IMG/VR virus record: IMGVR_UViG_3300001765_000256
Location: 71,013-135,012 of that record
DNA: 64,000 bases
Strand: one strand, 5' to 3'
From: a virus
Within the stretch, counting starts at the first letter, position 1. Each line of letters begins with the position of its first letter. Under the pieces are notes generated by a model. That model made no database searches. It saw only the letters and a list, made by a program, of their open reading frames with translations, and was not told the origin of the DNA. The position numbers and the translations under genes were made by a program. Below, in pieces: positions 9,942 through 19,193 of this stretch.

Positions 9942-11405
9942 ATGGTTAGAATTAATACAACTCCAGATGGTATATATGGACATCCTATCCTAATAACCAG
10001 GACTCCTAGTTTTAGAATTGAACCATCATGTAAGTCTGCTATCCATATTAACGATAACTATAAAGATCTTAGGTTTAAATACAATAGACTATCCAGATCT
10101 AAAAAAGATATTACCGATATAAAATCAGAAGCTTACGCTATCTCTGTTATGAATGCGATACTAACAAACGGAAGAGCTGTGTTTGCAATGACAAGAGATT
10201 CACTTAGAAGCATTATTAAGGGTGATAGAAATTTACCCAAAAGCTTAGATACTGGATTTAGCAATGACCAGTACAGACTGATATTATCAGATATTAGTTC
10301 TATATTGGATCTGGAATTAGATATACTTAAAGAAAAACGTCCATTGAAGGTAACTGTTAAGAATGCAGATATATTAGATTTACTTGATTTAGATGATTAT
10401 GAAATAGAACAGCAAGATAAGCAAACTTCATCCTTTATATCTGATGACTCTGACGGAGCTGCTTCTTTATATATAAAGAACCAACCTAATTTAATATTAA
10501 ATATACCGAACAAAAAAGGTGAACCTACGGTAGAAGTTAATAAAAATATAGACCTTTTAGAAGACACCTTAAGATATTCTGTAGCTAACTATTCTAGCAA
10601 TAATGAAGAAATTAATAAGAAATCTATACTTACAGATGAATATTACGATGATGATGAAATACCAGTGCTATATAAAGATCCATGGGAAATACCGGAACAT
10701 TTAAAAACACAAGCAACAGTACCGTTTGATATAGACACAAAAGGATATGATATATCAGTATTTGACTCTAAGTCTAAATACGAACAGGATTGGTACGAGC
10801 TGTATGATATTAATTTAGGAACAATAATGAGACCTCCTGAAAAAAGATACTTCTCTGAAAAGGAATTTTATAGCAATGAAGAGAATGTTAACTACGTTAA
10901 AGAGAGGACTTTAAAGTATATATCTGGACGTATTATACCAAAATTAAGAGATTCACTTTTTTCTGATAAATACACTAATAGCTATGAAGTTATAGAAGAG
11001 GCTATGTCTTTAACGTCTGGCGCAGGGATTGACTACAGAAAACTACTTATATCTGAGATAGATAGAAGATTTGACCCTAAAGATACAGATTATAAGTTCA
11101 GTGCCATAAGAAAAGGGTACTTACATCAAATAGAGTCTGCATATGAAAGAAATATTAAAAAACACGAGGTTGACAGTAAGGCTATTAAATCTCATAGATA
11201 TAGTACTAAGGCTGCATTGATTGCTGAAGCTATTAATGATGCTAATAGGATATATAACGAATTTATTAACCCTCCACCGGATCTAGTAGAAAAAGAACGT
11301 AAACGACTAGAATTAGAGGAAAAAAACAAAAACGAACCTAAATCTGCAACTAAAGACAAGAATGGCGAGTGGGATATATATAAGCTTTTTGGAGATATTA
11401 AATAA
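9942..11405 (+). CDS. hypothetical protein, possible origin-binding/replication initiator
   Basis: ORF; start moved to ATG 9942 because track start 9912 lies inside the promoter; function inferred only from position next to repeats and helicase. Confidence 0.55.
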   Translation: MVRINTTPDGIYGHPILITRTPSFRIEPSCKSAIHINDNYKDLRFKYNRLSRSKKDITDIKSEAYAISVMNAILTNGRAVFAMTRDSLRSIIKGDRNLPKSLDTGFSNDQYRLILSDISSILDLELDILKEKRPLKVTVKNADILDLLDLDDYEIEQQDKQTSSFISDDSDGAASLYIKNQPNLILNIPNKKGEPTVEVNKNIDLLEDTLRYSVANYSSNNEEINKKSILTDEYYDDDEIPVLYKDPWEIPEHLKTQATVPFDIDTKGYDISVFDSKSKYEQDWYELYDINLGTIMRPPEKRYFSEKEFYSNEENVNYVKERTLKYISGRIIPKLRDSLFSDKYTNSYEVIEEAMSLTSGAGIDYRKLLISEIDRRFDPKDTDYKFSAIRKGYLHQIESAYERNIKKHEVDSKAIKSHRYSTKAALIAEAINDANRIYNEFINPPPDLVEKERKRLELEEKNKNEPKSATKDKNGEWDIYKLFGDIK

Positions 11406-12874
11406 TGAGACTTATAATAGAAGCACCTACAGTTATGAGGATAGAAGATTGCAGTCGGACTGATTTTAATAGATTAAAAGAATCGCTTACATATAAAAAC
11501 ACCAGCGTAGCTTATCAGATTAAAATGACTAAAGAAATGGCATACAGGTATGGCGAGGTATGGGCTGCTGGAAGGTTGGAAGAGTTAGAAAAAGATCTAT
11601 ACGAAACATTAATATTCGCCGACGATAAAGGATATTATACCAGACCTGGACTGTTAAGGTATATACAAAAGCGTTTCGTAGATGTAACTGTAAGTAATAT
11701 TATAGATTATCCAGAATTTAAACTTATACCGTGGAACAAGGAGCCTGAAAATACACCGTATCCGTACCAAACAGAAGCTGTTGAAAGAATGGTAGAGGCT
11801 AAACATGCGCATATTGAATTTAGTACAGGAATAGGAAAATCGTTTATTATCGAGCTGTTAGCAAAAAGAACAGGACTTCCAACAGTCATATCTACACCAT
11901 CTAAGTCTATAGCTAAACAGATATACGAAGAGATGAAATTACATTTTGGTAAACAGAAGGTTGGTTTTTTTGGAGACGGTAAGGATGAAATAGGTAAGCA
12001 CATACTTGTAGCTATCGGAAAGTCACTATCTCTAGTAAAAGAACCTGAAGAAAAGGCAAGATTTAAGAAATATCAGGTATTTATATCGGATGAGTCTCAT
12101 ACAACAGGAGCTGATCAGTTTGAATATTACGTGCATAATGTACTGGAACATTGTCCATACAGGTGGTTCATGTCTGGCACACAAGAAAGATCTGATGGGT
12201 CCGAATTAAAGCTATTATCCATAATAGGTCCTCAAGTTATGACTTATTCTATACAAAAAGGAATAGCCGAAGGGTACTTGGCAAAATTGTCATTTATGGT
12301 ATTTAATGTACCATCACCTTCATATTACAGTTCAAATAACTTAGTTAAGATGAATCAGGAGCATTTATATAAAAATGAAAGAATAGCTCAGATAATATCA
12401 TTACTGTCAGAACAGGCAGTACTCAACAATATGCCGACTCTTATTTTAATCGATGAACATATACAAGAACAGATACTTAGGTCGTATATGAAGGTAGATT
12501 TTGAGTATGCATCTGGTAAATCTGATATACACAATATATGCAATAGATTCAATTCAGGCGATATTATGTGTGTGGTAGGTACATCTGCTGCATCAACAGG
12601 AACGAACTTCAAACCTGTAAGACTTACAATTAACTGGCAAGCAAACAAATCCTCTGTAAAGGTCAAACAAGGACCTATCGGAAGATCAACACGGATTGAT
12701 AAAAGAACTAACAAAAAGGATTGCAAAATAGTAGACTTTCGTGTTATAAATATAGACGCACTTAAAAGACACTCAAATGAAAGAATTAAATATTATAATG
12801 AAATTGTTAGCTCGTACACACCGCAGGAAAAAATAGAATACGTTAATTATGACGAATTAATAGGAAAAACATAA
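11405..12874 (+). CDS. superfamily 2 DNA helicase (UvsW/DEAH-like)
   Basis: Q motif PYPYQ, Walker A STGIGKS, DESH, SGT motif III, QGPIGRSTR motif VI. Confidence 0.9.
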   Translation: MRLIIEAPTVMRIEDCSRTDFNRLKESLTYKNTSVAYQIKMTKEMAYRYGEVWAAGRLEELEKDLYETLIFADDKGYYTRPGLLRYIQKRFVDVTVSNIIDYPEFKLIPWNKEPENTPYPYQTEAVERMVEAKHAHIEFSTGIGKSFIIELLAKRTGLPTVISTPSKSIAKQIYEEMKLHFGKQKVGFFGDGKDEIGKHILVAIGKSLSLVKEPEEKARFKKYQVFISDESHTTGADQFEYYVHNVLEHCPYRWFMSGTQERSDGSELKLLSIIGPQVMTYSIQKGIAEGYLAKLSFMVFNVPSPSYYSSNNLVKMNQEHLYKNERIAQIISLLSEQAVLNNMPTLILIDEHIQEQILRSYMKVDFEYASGKSDIHNICNRFNSGDIMCVVGTSAASTGTNFKPVRLTINWQANKSSVKVKQGPIGRSTRIDKRTNKKDCKIVDFRVINIDALKRHSNERIKYYNEIVSSYTPQEKIEYVNYDELIGKT

Positions 12875-12875
12875 A

Positions 12876-13865
12876 ATGGACAAAAGCTTAATCCAACTAT
12901 ACTTAAAAGATGTAAATGATTCGTTACTTTCTGGTGCAGATAATGATGCACATGAAATGTTAAAAGATCTTAATACTTTAGAGCTTAAGTTCATGCGCAG
13001 ACTTAAAGTAGCTCCAGGTGGAAAAAAAACGTACATGGATTTTATCAGTATGATAGTTACCGAAAAAGAGAATTTAATAATGGCTCGTAAGTATTTTAGA
13101 GAAAGAGAAGATGCATTTAAAGGTAACATATACACTCATATAATGCAACGTAACCATACAGAATTAATGAAGTTTAGAGTTAATTATATGATGTGCGCAT
13201 TTGTGATGAGCAAGATGGCTAAACAGGATACCAAACTGGTTGAGATATTTAACAAAATATCAAAATTACGAGAAGAGATAATAAACAAACACCTGCACTT
13301 TGCTATCCATAGGGCTAAGACATTTAATACTGGTACAAATTATAATGTTGATTTTGGAGATTTAATTCAGATAGCTAACGAAGCGTTAATCTCATCTGTA
13401 GATAAATATGTAATAGAAGAAACCTCGCCTCCATTTCGTACTGTAGTTATAGGTAAAATGACTGCCGGACTTATTCATAGTGGAGATCAGGCGTTATGTG
13501 TAACATTTGGACCACAAGCTTCAAGACGTCTATATCAGATTAAGAGGCTGTCAGAAAAGATGCCAGATATTAATATTCAAAAGATGTCTGAAGTGCTGAA
13601 TGTAGCACAAGAAGAAATCTCAGCTATAATAAACGCCTCCCATGTATCAAGTCTAGATGCAGATCTAGGTGATGGCGATGGAGATTCACCTTCACAAACA
13701 TTAAAAGATTACTTACCTGCACCGAATGATGCATATAATGACCCTTACGGATCAGTAGAGAAAGCTGATTTGATACAGAAGGTGTATACTAATTTTTTAA
13801 ATTTAACCGTATTAGAACAGAAAATATTAAAACTTAAAGGTCTTAATTTTAGTCAGTACAAATAG
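12876..13865 (+). CDS. phage sigma70-family RNA polymerase sigma factor
   Basis: Region 2 LREEIINKHL..DLIQIANEALISSVDKY, region 3 SSLDADL..TLKDYL, truncated region 4 LTVLEQKIL. Confidence 0.8.
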   Translation: MDKSLIQLYLKDVNDSLLSGADNDAHEMLKDLNTLELKFMRRLKVAPGGKKTYMDFISMIVTEKENLIMARKYFREREDAFKGNIYTHIMQRNHTELMKFRVNYMMCAFVMSKMAKQDTKLVEIFNKISKLREEIINKHLHFAIHRAKTFNTGTNYNVDFGDLIQIANEALISSVDKYVIEETSPPFRTVVIGKMTAGLIHSGDQALCVTFGPQASRRLYQIKRLSEKMPDINIQKMSEVLNVAQEEISAIINASHVSSLDADLGDGDGDSPSQTLKDYLPAPNDAYNDPYGSVEKADLIQKVYTNFLNLTVLEQKILKLKGLNFSQYK

Positions 13866-13873
13866 GAGACAGT

Positions 13874-14158
13874 ATGAGTATTAAAATATTAAACGATAAT
13901 GTAGCAATCAAGCCATTTGTTTTTGATCACGATAAAGGACAGGGGCAGAAAATGGTTGCAGGATTCTACGGTACAGATAAACTTAGCAAGACTATAGTGT
14001 CATCAGAGATTGTGTTTGACTCTGAAGGGTTTACAACAGGACAAAAGGTGCACTTTAAAGCTGATATTTATAATTTTCCTTATGTTAAGGCAATCCTCAA
14101 GATAGAAGATAAAGAGTTCATCCTTGTGCCAAAACAGTTAGTGATTGCGGTAGGTTAA
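13874..14158 (+). CDS. divergent co-chaperonin GroES-like protein
   Basis: 94 aa; MSIKILNDNVAIKP parallels MNIRPLHDRVIVK; GQKVHF and KIEDKEFILVPKQLVIAV parallel GroES C-terminal strands. Confidence 0.65.
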   Translation: MSIKILNDNVAIKPFVFDHDKGQGQKMVAGFYGTDKLSKTIVSSEIVFDSEGFTTGQKVHFKADIYNFPYVKAILKIEDKEFILVPKQLVIAVG

Positions 14159-14159
14159 A

Positions 14160-15218
14160 ATGTCAAAAGACTTGTTTGTTGGAGATATGCATATACAGAT
14201 AAATAACTTAGATGAAAGTCGTAAGTTATTATCATACATAAAAGATATGTATATTAAGTATGAATGTAGGAATTTAGTATTCCTAGGAGATATATTCCAT
14301 ACACACAGTGTTGTTCGTCAGGAAGTTGCATACCTATTAGTAGAATTTCTAAAGGATTTTTATTACACCGCAGCCTCAGCTGATAAGTCTAAAGTCATCA
14401 TAATTGCTGGTAATCATGATGGAATTTCTCCAACAGATGCATCAAAAAACGCACTAGACTTAATTGCGTCAGAATTTTCCACAGTAGTTTCGTCAGAAGA
14501 CGGATACGTATCAAAAGACGGTTATGTATATATGCCATTTATTCATGATGGTAATGTTTTTGTAAAGAATGCCATAAACAACAAGATAACATGTGATACT
14601 ATGGGCATTAGCGATCCAGTCTTGGTATGTCACCAGACTTTTGAAGGTGCTGCATACGAGTCAGGCATGCCAGTACCTCATGGGGTTAAATCCGATGATA
14701 TACCGTACAGTGTCGTAATATCTGGACATATACATAAATCACAAGTGATCAAAGATAAGATTTTTTACGTAGGAACACCTAGAGCTGTAACGGCAGGAGA
14801 AGCTAATGATCCTAAATTCCTACATGTAGTATCGAGAGATACTAGCGGTACATTTAACTTTATTCAGATACCAACAAAGGATATTGTTAAGAATTATTAT
14901 ACATTTGAGATAGACGAATCAGACATAAGTACACATACTGTAAATATTGAAGGTATCGATCTTAATAAAGATAAGGTGACAATTAAAGTATCAGGAACAC
15001 AAACATTTTATGACTCTGTTATAAAGTCGCACAGTAATCTATTAGGAGTAATAAAATTCATGCCTAAGATCAAAAGAGATATTACTAAAAAAATAAACAT
15101 AGAATCTTCAGGTGATAGCATTGAGGCTTCGCTTGAAAAGTACATTAAGACTGTAGCAGATTTAGACGATTCGACAAGGAGTGATATATGGACGATAGTC
15201 AACAACGCTCTTCAGTAG
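14160..15218 (+). CDS. SbcD/Mre11 (T4 gp47-like) nuclease
   Basis: GDMH, GDIFH, AGNHD, CHQ, SGHIH, YVGTP phosphoesterase motifs. Confidence 0.9.
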   Translation: MSKDLFVGDMHIQINNLDESRKLLSYIKDMYIKYECRNLVFLGDIFHTHSVVRQEVAYLLVEFLKDFYYTAASADKSKVIIIAGNHDGISPTDASKNALDLIASEFSTVVSSEDGYVSKDGYVYMPFIHDGNVFVKNAINNKITCDTMGISDPVLVCHQTFEGAAYESGMPVPHGVKSDDIPYSVVISGHIHKSQVIKDKIFYVGTPRAVTAGEANDPKFLHVVSRDTSGTFNFIQIPTKDIVKNYYTFEIDESDISTHTVNIEGIDLNKDKVTIKVSGTQTFYDSVIKSHSNLLGVIKFMPKIKRDITKKINIESSGDSIEASLEKYIKTVADLDDSTRSDIWTIVNNALQ

Positions 15219-15574
15219 GGCTTGACCAGCAATATTACCTTGCTAAGCTCTTATTAGAGAAGTACGATACATTTCATCCGTTTTTTGAAACACAGATGCA
15301 ATATTACACTGTTGCATGTTGCAACATTTCTCTAGGTGGAGAAGTTAAGCTTGATGTAGGTACTAAAACTATAACTTATGACATTAAGACCGAGAAGCGA
15401 TACAAGAAAGTTAAAAATAAAGTTGCTACCACAAAAAGTAGCAAGATAAGCACTGCCGCATATAAAAAAGAAATAAAAGTTGCCAAGATTAACCTGAAAG
15501 AGTGGACACAAAGGCTTTTGTGGGGTAACGGAACCACAGTTAGGATTTACATAGATGGACAAGAATGCACCTAG
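15188..15574 (+). CDS. hypothetical protein
   Basis: 128-aa ORF with AGGAG RBS, overlapping neighbours. Confidence 0.65.
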   Translation: MDDSQQRSSVGLDQQYYLAKLLLEKYDTFHPFFETQMQYYTVACCNISLGGEVKLDVGTKTITYDIKTEKRYKKVKNKVATTKSSKISTAAYKKEIKVAKINLKEWTQRLLWGNGTTVRIYIDGQECT

Positions 15575-16184
15575 CACATTAAATGACATCTCCGACCTTG
15601 TTGATTTTTCACAAAAGGAGATAGATATTTTAAATGCAATTAAAGAGTCTGGAGCTAAACCAGTAGCTGCGTCACTACAGCAGTCTTTATATAATCTCTT
15701 TTTAGAGGGATATAGTTGCTCTGAAATCTCAAAGCAAGGTAAGGGATTATCGGAAGGTGATATCTTATATTTAAGATGGAAACATAAATGGGATCAAACT
15801 CGTAGAGATTATATGAGTGATTTACAGAACCAGATTCAAGGTAAGCTTATAAAATCAAAGATGGAGGCTGTAGAGTTTTTAACAAATCAAATGTCAGCAA
15901 TCCATAAGAGTAATAGAGATCAGACACTGAAATACATAATGACTGGAAACCCAGACGATATGCCAAAAGAGTTAGGCAAACTTGGTGGATATAGACAAAT
16001 AGTTGAATTATTACAGACAGTTACTGGTGAAGATAAAGTACAGAAGGTTAAGATAGACCAGAAGACAGAATCTACAATAAAAATATCTTCTAATGAAGAA
16101 AAAGACATAATGATAGTAAATGAAATACTAAAGCCAAGTAATGCAGCAAAAATGATTAAGATGCATTTAAAGGATAAAAAGTGA
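15555..16184 (+). CDS. putative terminase small subunit
   Basis: HTH-like LFLEGYSCSEISK...RWKHKWD; immediately upstream of and overlapping large terminase. Confidence 0.5.
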   Translation: MDKNAPSTLNDISDLVDFSQKEIDILNAIKESGAKPVAASLQQSLYNLFLEGYSCSEISKQGKGLSEGDILYLRWKHKWDQTRRDYMSDLQNQIQGKLIKSKMEAVEFLTNQMSAIHKSNRDQTLKYIMTGNPDDMPKELGKLGGYRQIVELLQTVTGEDKVQKVKIDQKTESTIKISSNEEKDIMIVNEILKPSNAAKMIKMHLKDKK

Positions 16185-18067
16185 TAGACACACAACGTGC
16201 CGGATTATTAATCCCTTGTGAATCCAAGGACCACCTTGCAGACTGGTTAAATCTATATTTAGATTTTCACGTCTTCGATACACAAGTCAGTAGATTTGCT
16301 ACATCATCACCTCTTGATGCATTATGGGAAGCTTATGATTTTATGATGAGACCTGACTCAAGGAAACCCAAGACGTTCCTTTTTGCATCTGCACGTTCAA
16401 CACAAAAGACTATTACATTGGCAGCATTTGATATACTCCAGGTACTGCACGGTAAACGTAACCTGGTACATTTTGCGGGATCTAAAGATCAGGTTGACTC
16501 TGGATATAGTTATATTAAAGCCTTTGCTAGTATGCCATATATACGAGATTTGATTGATGGAGACATAACTCAAACAGGAACAGATTTCTATATACCAGAA
16601 TCAGACAATGAACTTTGGCTTAATGGGTCTACATGTAAGGAACTTAAAGAGAAGTGTCCAGACGAATTACGTAAGGTTGAGATTTTAGTTAGACCTATTA
16701 CACCATATACGGTACAAGGTTTACATATGTCAACAACTGTTGATGAGATTCATACACTTAAGGGTGAGAAGGCAGCTGCATATAAAGATATACGTAAGAT
16801 ACCTATTGCCAGCTGGGACGGAAAACCATGGATACGCTTAGGTATTTCATCAAGAAAAAGCCCTAATTCTATAGTTGAACATGAGATCGAAAATAAGGAT
16901 AAAACAGGTCTTATTGTTAGACAATGGACAGTTTTTGAAGGAGTAGAACAGTGTCCTGCTGACCGTCACGGCAATGAATTTATACACGATAGATATATAA
17001 ATGTATATAACGGTGTTGAACTAACAGAGGATCAGTTTGGTTTGTATGATAAAAAGGATAAGGATAAGTTTGAAAAGGCCACATTAAGCACAGGCTGCCT
17101 AACCTGTCCATTACGAACAGTATGTTTAGGTGATCTAAGTAAACATAAAGAAGTAAATAAACATCATCAGTCTATTGAGGCTGCTATAACAGATTTCGTA
17201 TCTGATGGAGATAGATCATGGTACATAGCTCAATGTTTATCGCTACAGCCATCCAGAGAAGGTCTAGTGTTCTCACGATTCGACACTGCAACATTTGAAA
17301 AGACTCCTAGGGAAGTTTATAATATATTTACTGGTACGGATCCAGGTCGAGACATATCAGAACAGGAGATTATATCTGTTATGGTTAAGGCTGGCGTAAA
17401 GAGGTATGCTGGTCTAGATCACGGATTCACAGACCCTATGGCTATAGCATCTATATACGAGGATTCGGTAGGTCGAGTTTATATTATGAGCGTTATATCT
17501 TTAACAGGATTAGAACCTAACCAAGTAGTTGATCAAGTAAGGCTTATGGTAGAGAAGTATCAAGTTACACACTTATATCCAGACACGGCACAACCATCCA
17601 TTAATGAGCTTATAAGAAAAGCCAGGATTATACTTGTTGTTGATGACTTTGATAAAAAAGACGGTATTGCCAATGGTATAACACTTATCAGATCAAAAAT
17701 AACTCCATCTGGTGGCGGCGAAACAATGATGGTAGGACTTAAGGGTAACTGTAACCCGTTGGTTTACGAAATGGAACGATATCACTATATGACTGATACT
17801 TCAGGAAAGATACTAGATGAACCTGAAGATTTATATAACCACACAGTGGACGCTTTGAGGTATGCTGCTATCAACAGATGGAATAAAGGCAGTCGCGTTA
17901 TGGGTACAAGTTATGAACCGAAAACACAGGAAACCCATAAAGAGTATGCTGAAAACATACAAAACCAGTCTTCAACATGGCTTGCAGATAAAATTAATGA
18001 TGCATCTAACGGCGAAGCTGTATTTATTAAAAAAAGTAAAAATAAAGGCAATATGTGGGATATTTAA
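16181..18067 (+). CDS. terminase large subunit
   Basis: Variant Walker A SARSTQKT, Walker B TVDEIH, nuclease GLDHGFTDP and NHTVDALRYA. Confidence 0.9.
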   Translation: MIDTQRAGLLIPCESKDHLADWLNLYLDFHVFDTQVSRFATSSPLDALWEAYDFMMRPDSRKPKTFLFASARSTQKTITLAAFDILQVLHGKRNLVHFAGSKDQVDSGYSYIKAFASMPYIRDLIDGDITQTGTDFYIPESDNELWLNGSTCKELKEKCPDELRKVEILVRPITPYTVQGLHMSTTVDEIHTLKGEKAAAYKDIRKIPIASWDGKPWIRLGISSRKSPNSIVEHEIENKDKTGLIVRQWTVFEGVEQCPADRHGNEFIHDRYINVYNGVELTEDQFGLYDKKDKDKFEKATLSTGCLTCPLRTVCLGDLSKHKEVNKHHQSIEAAITDFVSDGDRSWYIAQCLSLQPSREGLVFSRFDTATFEKTPREVYNIFTGTDPGRDISEQEIISVMVKAGVKRYAGLDHGFTDPMAIASIYEDSVGRVYIMSVISLTGLEPNQVVDQVRLMVEKYQVTHLYPDTAQPSINELIRKARIILVVDDFDKKDGIANGITLIRSKITPSGGGETMMVGLKGNCNPLVYEMERYHYMTDTSGKILDEPEDLYNHTVDALRYAAINRWNKGSRVMGTSYEPKTQETHKEYAENIQNQSSTWLADKINDASNGEAVFIKKSKNKGNMWDI

Positions 18068-18070
18068 GTC

Positions 18071-18099
18071 TTGACATTTGCTAATATATAGTGTATAGT
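18071..18099 (+). promoter_or_regulatory. sigma70-type promoter
   Basis: TTGACA-N17-TATAGT. Confidence 0.65.
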
Positions 18100-18142
18100 T
18101 CATAAATCCAAGCTGTAAAAGTATTGAATTCCTCCATATCTT

Positions 18143-18167
18143 CAATAGCTTAGGTTATAAACTTAAT
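18143..18167 (+). promoter_or_regulatory. putative late promoter motif, copy 1
   Basis: CAATAGCTTA-GGTTA-TAAACTTAAT; same 25-nt layout found six times before structural operons. Confidence 0.7.
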
Positions 18168-18220
18168 ATTGGATTGTTATAGTTTATTTAAAATATTTGT
18201 AATAATTACAAAGGATAAAA

Positions 18221-19192
18221 ATGGCACAATTAAACCTTCAAATCAATGCTCTTTCTTTTTTCGACAATACATCATCTAATAATCCGTACCTAAGAGCTTT
18301 CGATTTTACATTAAAGCTTGCTGGATTAGATGCAAAAAATCCAGATCAAAGACCTTACTCTGTAGCACCCCAGTCAACTCAAGTAGTTTATGATGGAACA
18401 AGAACTGTTTCTATAGATGGAACCACAGAGTTTGATATAACTAAGCCTTATTTGGATAAGGATGTTTATCGATTTGCATGGAACAGTACTGGAACAGCTC
18501 CAGCATTCAGATCAGCTAGATCTACGACAATTACAACATCAAGTGAGTTTTCTATTACAACTAACGGACCTATCTCGGTTATGACATCTACATCTGGACC
18601 ATTCAGTACGGCAGCTATACAAGTAGGAGATATTGTAAATATTCTTACTGGTGCAGGACCTTCAAATGCTAATCAGGGTAAATTCACAGTTATAGCAAAG
18701 ACAGCTAGCTCTATATCTTACCAAAACCTTAACTCTGTAGCTGAGACATTCACAGTACTCGACACAAGCCTTTTGTTGGTATACAGCCACGGTGGATCAT
18801 CTAATCAAATTCAAATTGGAGATACGGTAAAAATATCTTCCGGCTTCTCAATTGCTACCTATGGAAACTACGAAGTATCTGAAGTAACTCCAGAGTGGTT
18901 TGAGGTGTTGGTAGGATCTCCATCGGGTATACCACTCGAGACCGATATTGTACCTACAGCTTCAGGTTTGGTATTCTACAAGGAAGCCAAGAAATTTGTT
19001 CTAATTGCAGCTCAACAGTCAGTTTCAGTAAGATTTAATGACGATACTTCTGATAACACTATAGTTGACCCTGTAGAGCCAGGAAACGCAGAAAAGTCAG
19101 GAATCTTATTAAAAAATGGATCTTTCTATAAATTGGTAATCTCAAACACAGGACTTTCTACAGCAAATATTATCATAGCGACAGTAGGTTAA
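18221..19192 (+). CDS. putative virion structural protein (beta-rich)
   Basis: S/T/G-rich 323 aa, first gene after late motif, upstream of portal. Confidence 0.6.
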   Translation: MAQLNLQINALSFFDNTSSNNPYLRAFDFTLKLAGLDAKNPDQRPYSVAPQSTQVVYDGTRTVSIDGTTEFDITKPYLDKDVYRFAWNSTGTAPAFRSARSTTITTSSEFSITTNGPISVMTSTSGPFSTAAIQVGDIVNILTGAGPSNANQGKFTVIAKTASSISYQNLNSVAETFTVLDTSLLLVYSHGGSSNQIQIGDTVKISSGFSIATYGNYEVSEVTPEWFEVLVGSPSGIPLETDIVPTASGLVFYKEAKKFVLIAAQQSVSVRFNDDTSDNTIVDPVEPGNAEKSGILLKNGSFYKLVISNTGLSTANIIIATVG

Positions 19193-19193
19193 T

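Noticed and set aside
16181-16450. Terminase possibly inactive because Walker A reads SARSTQKT
   Set aside because: Terminase Walker A is commonly deviant (R..K-T retained); Walker B and nuclease motifs intact
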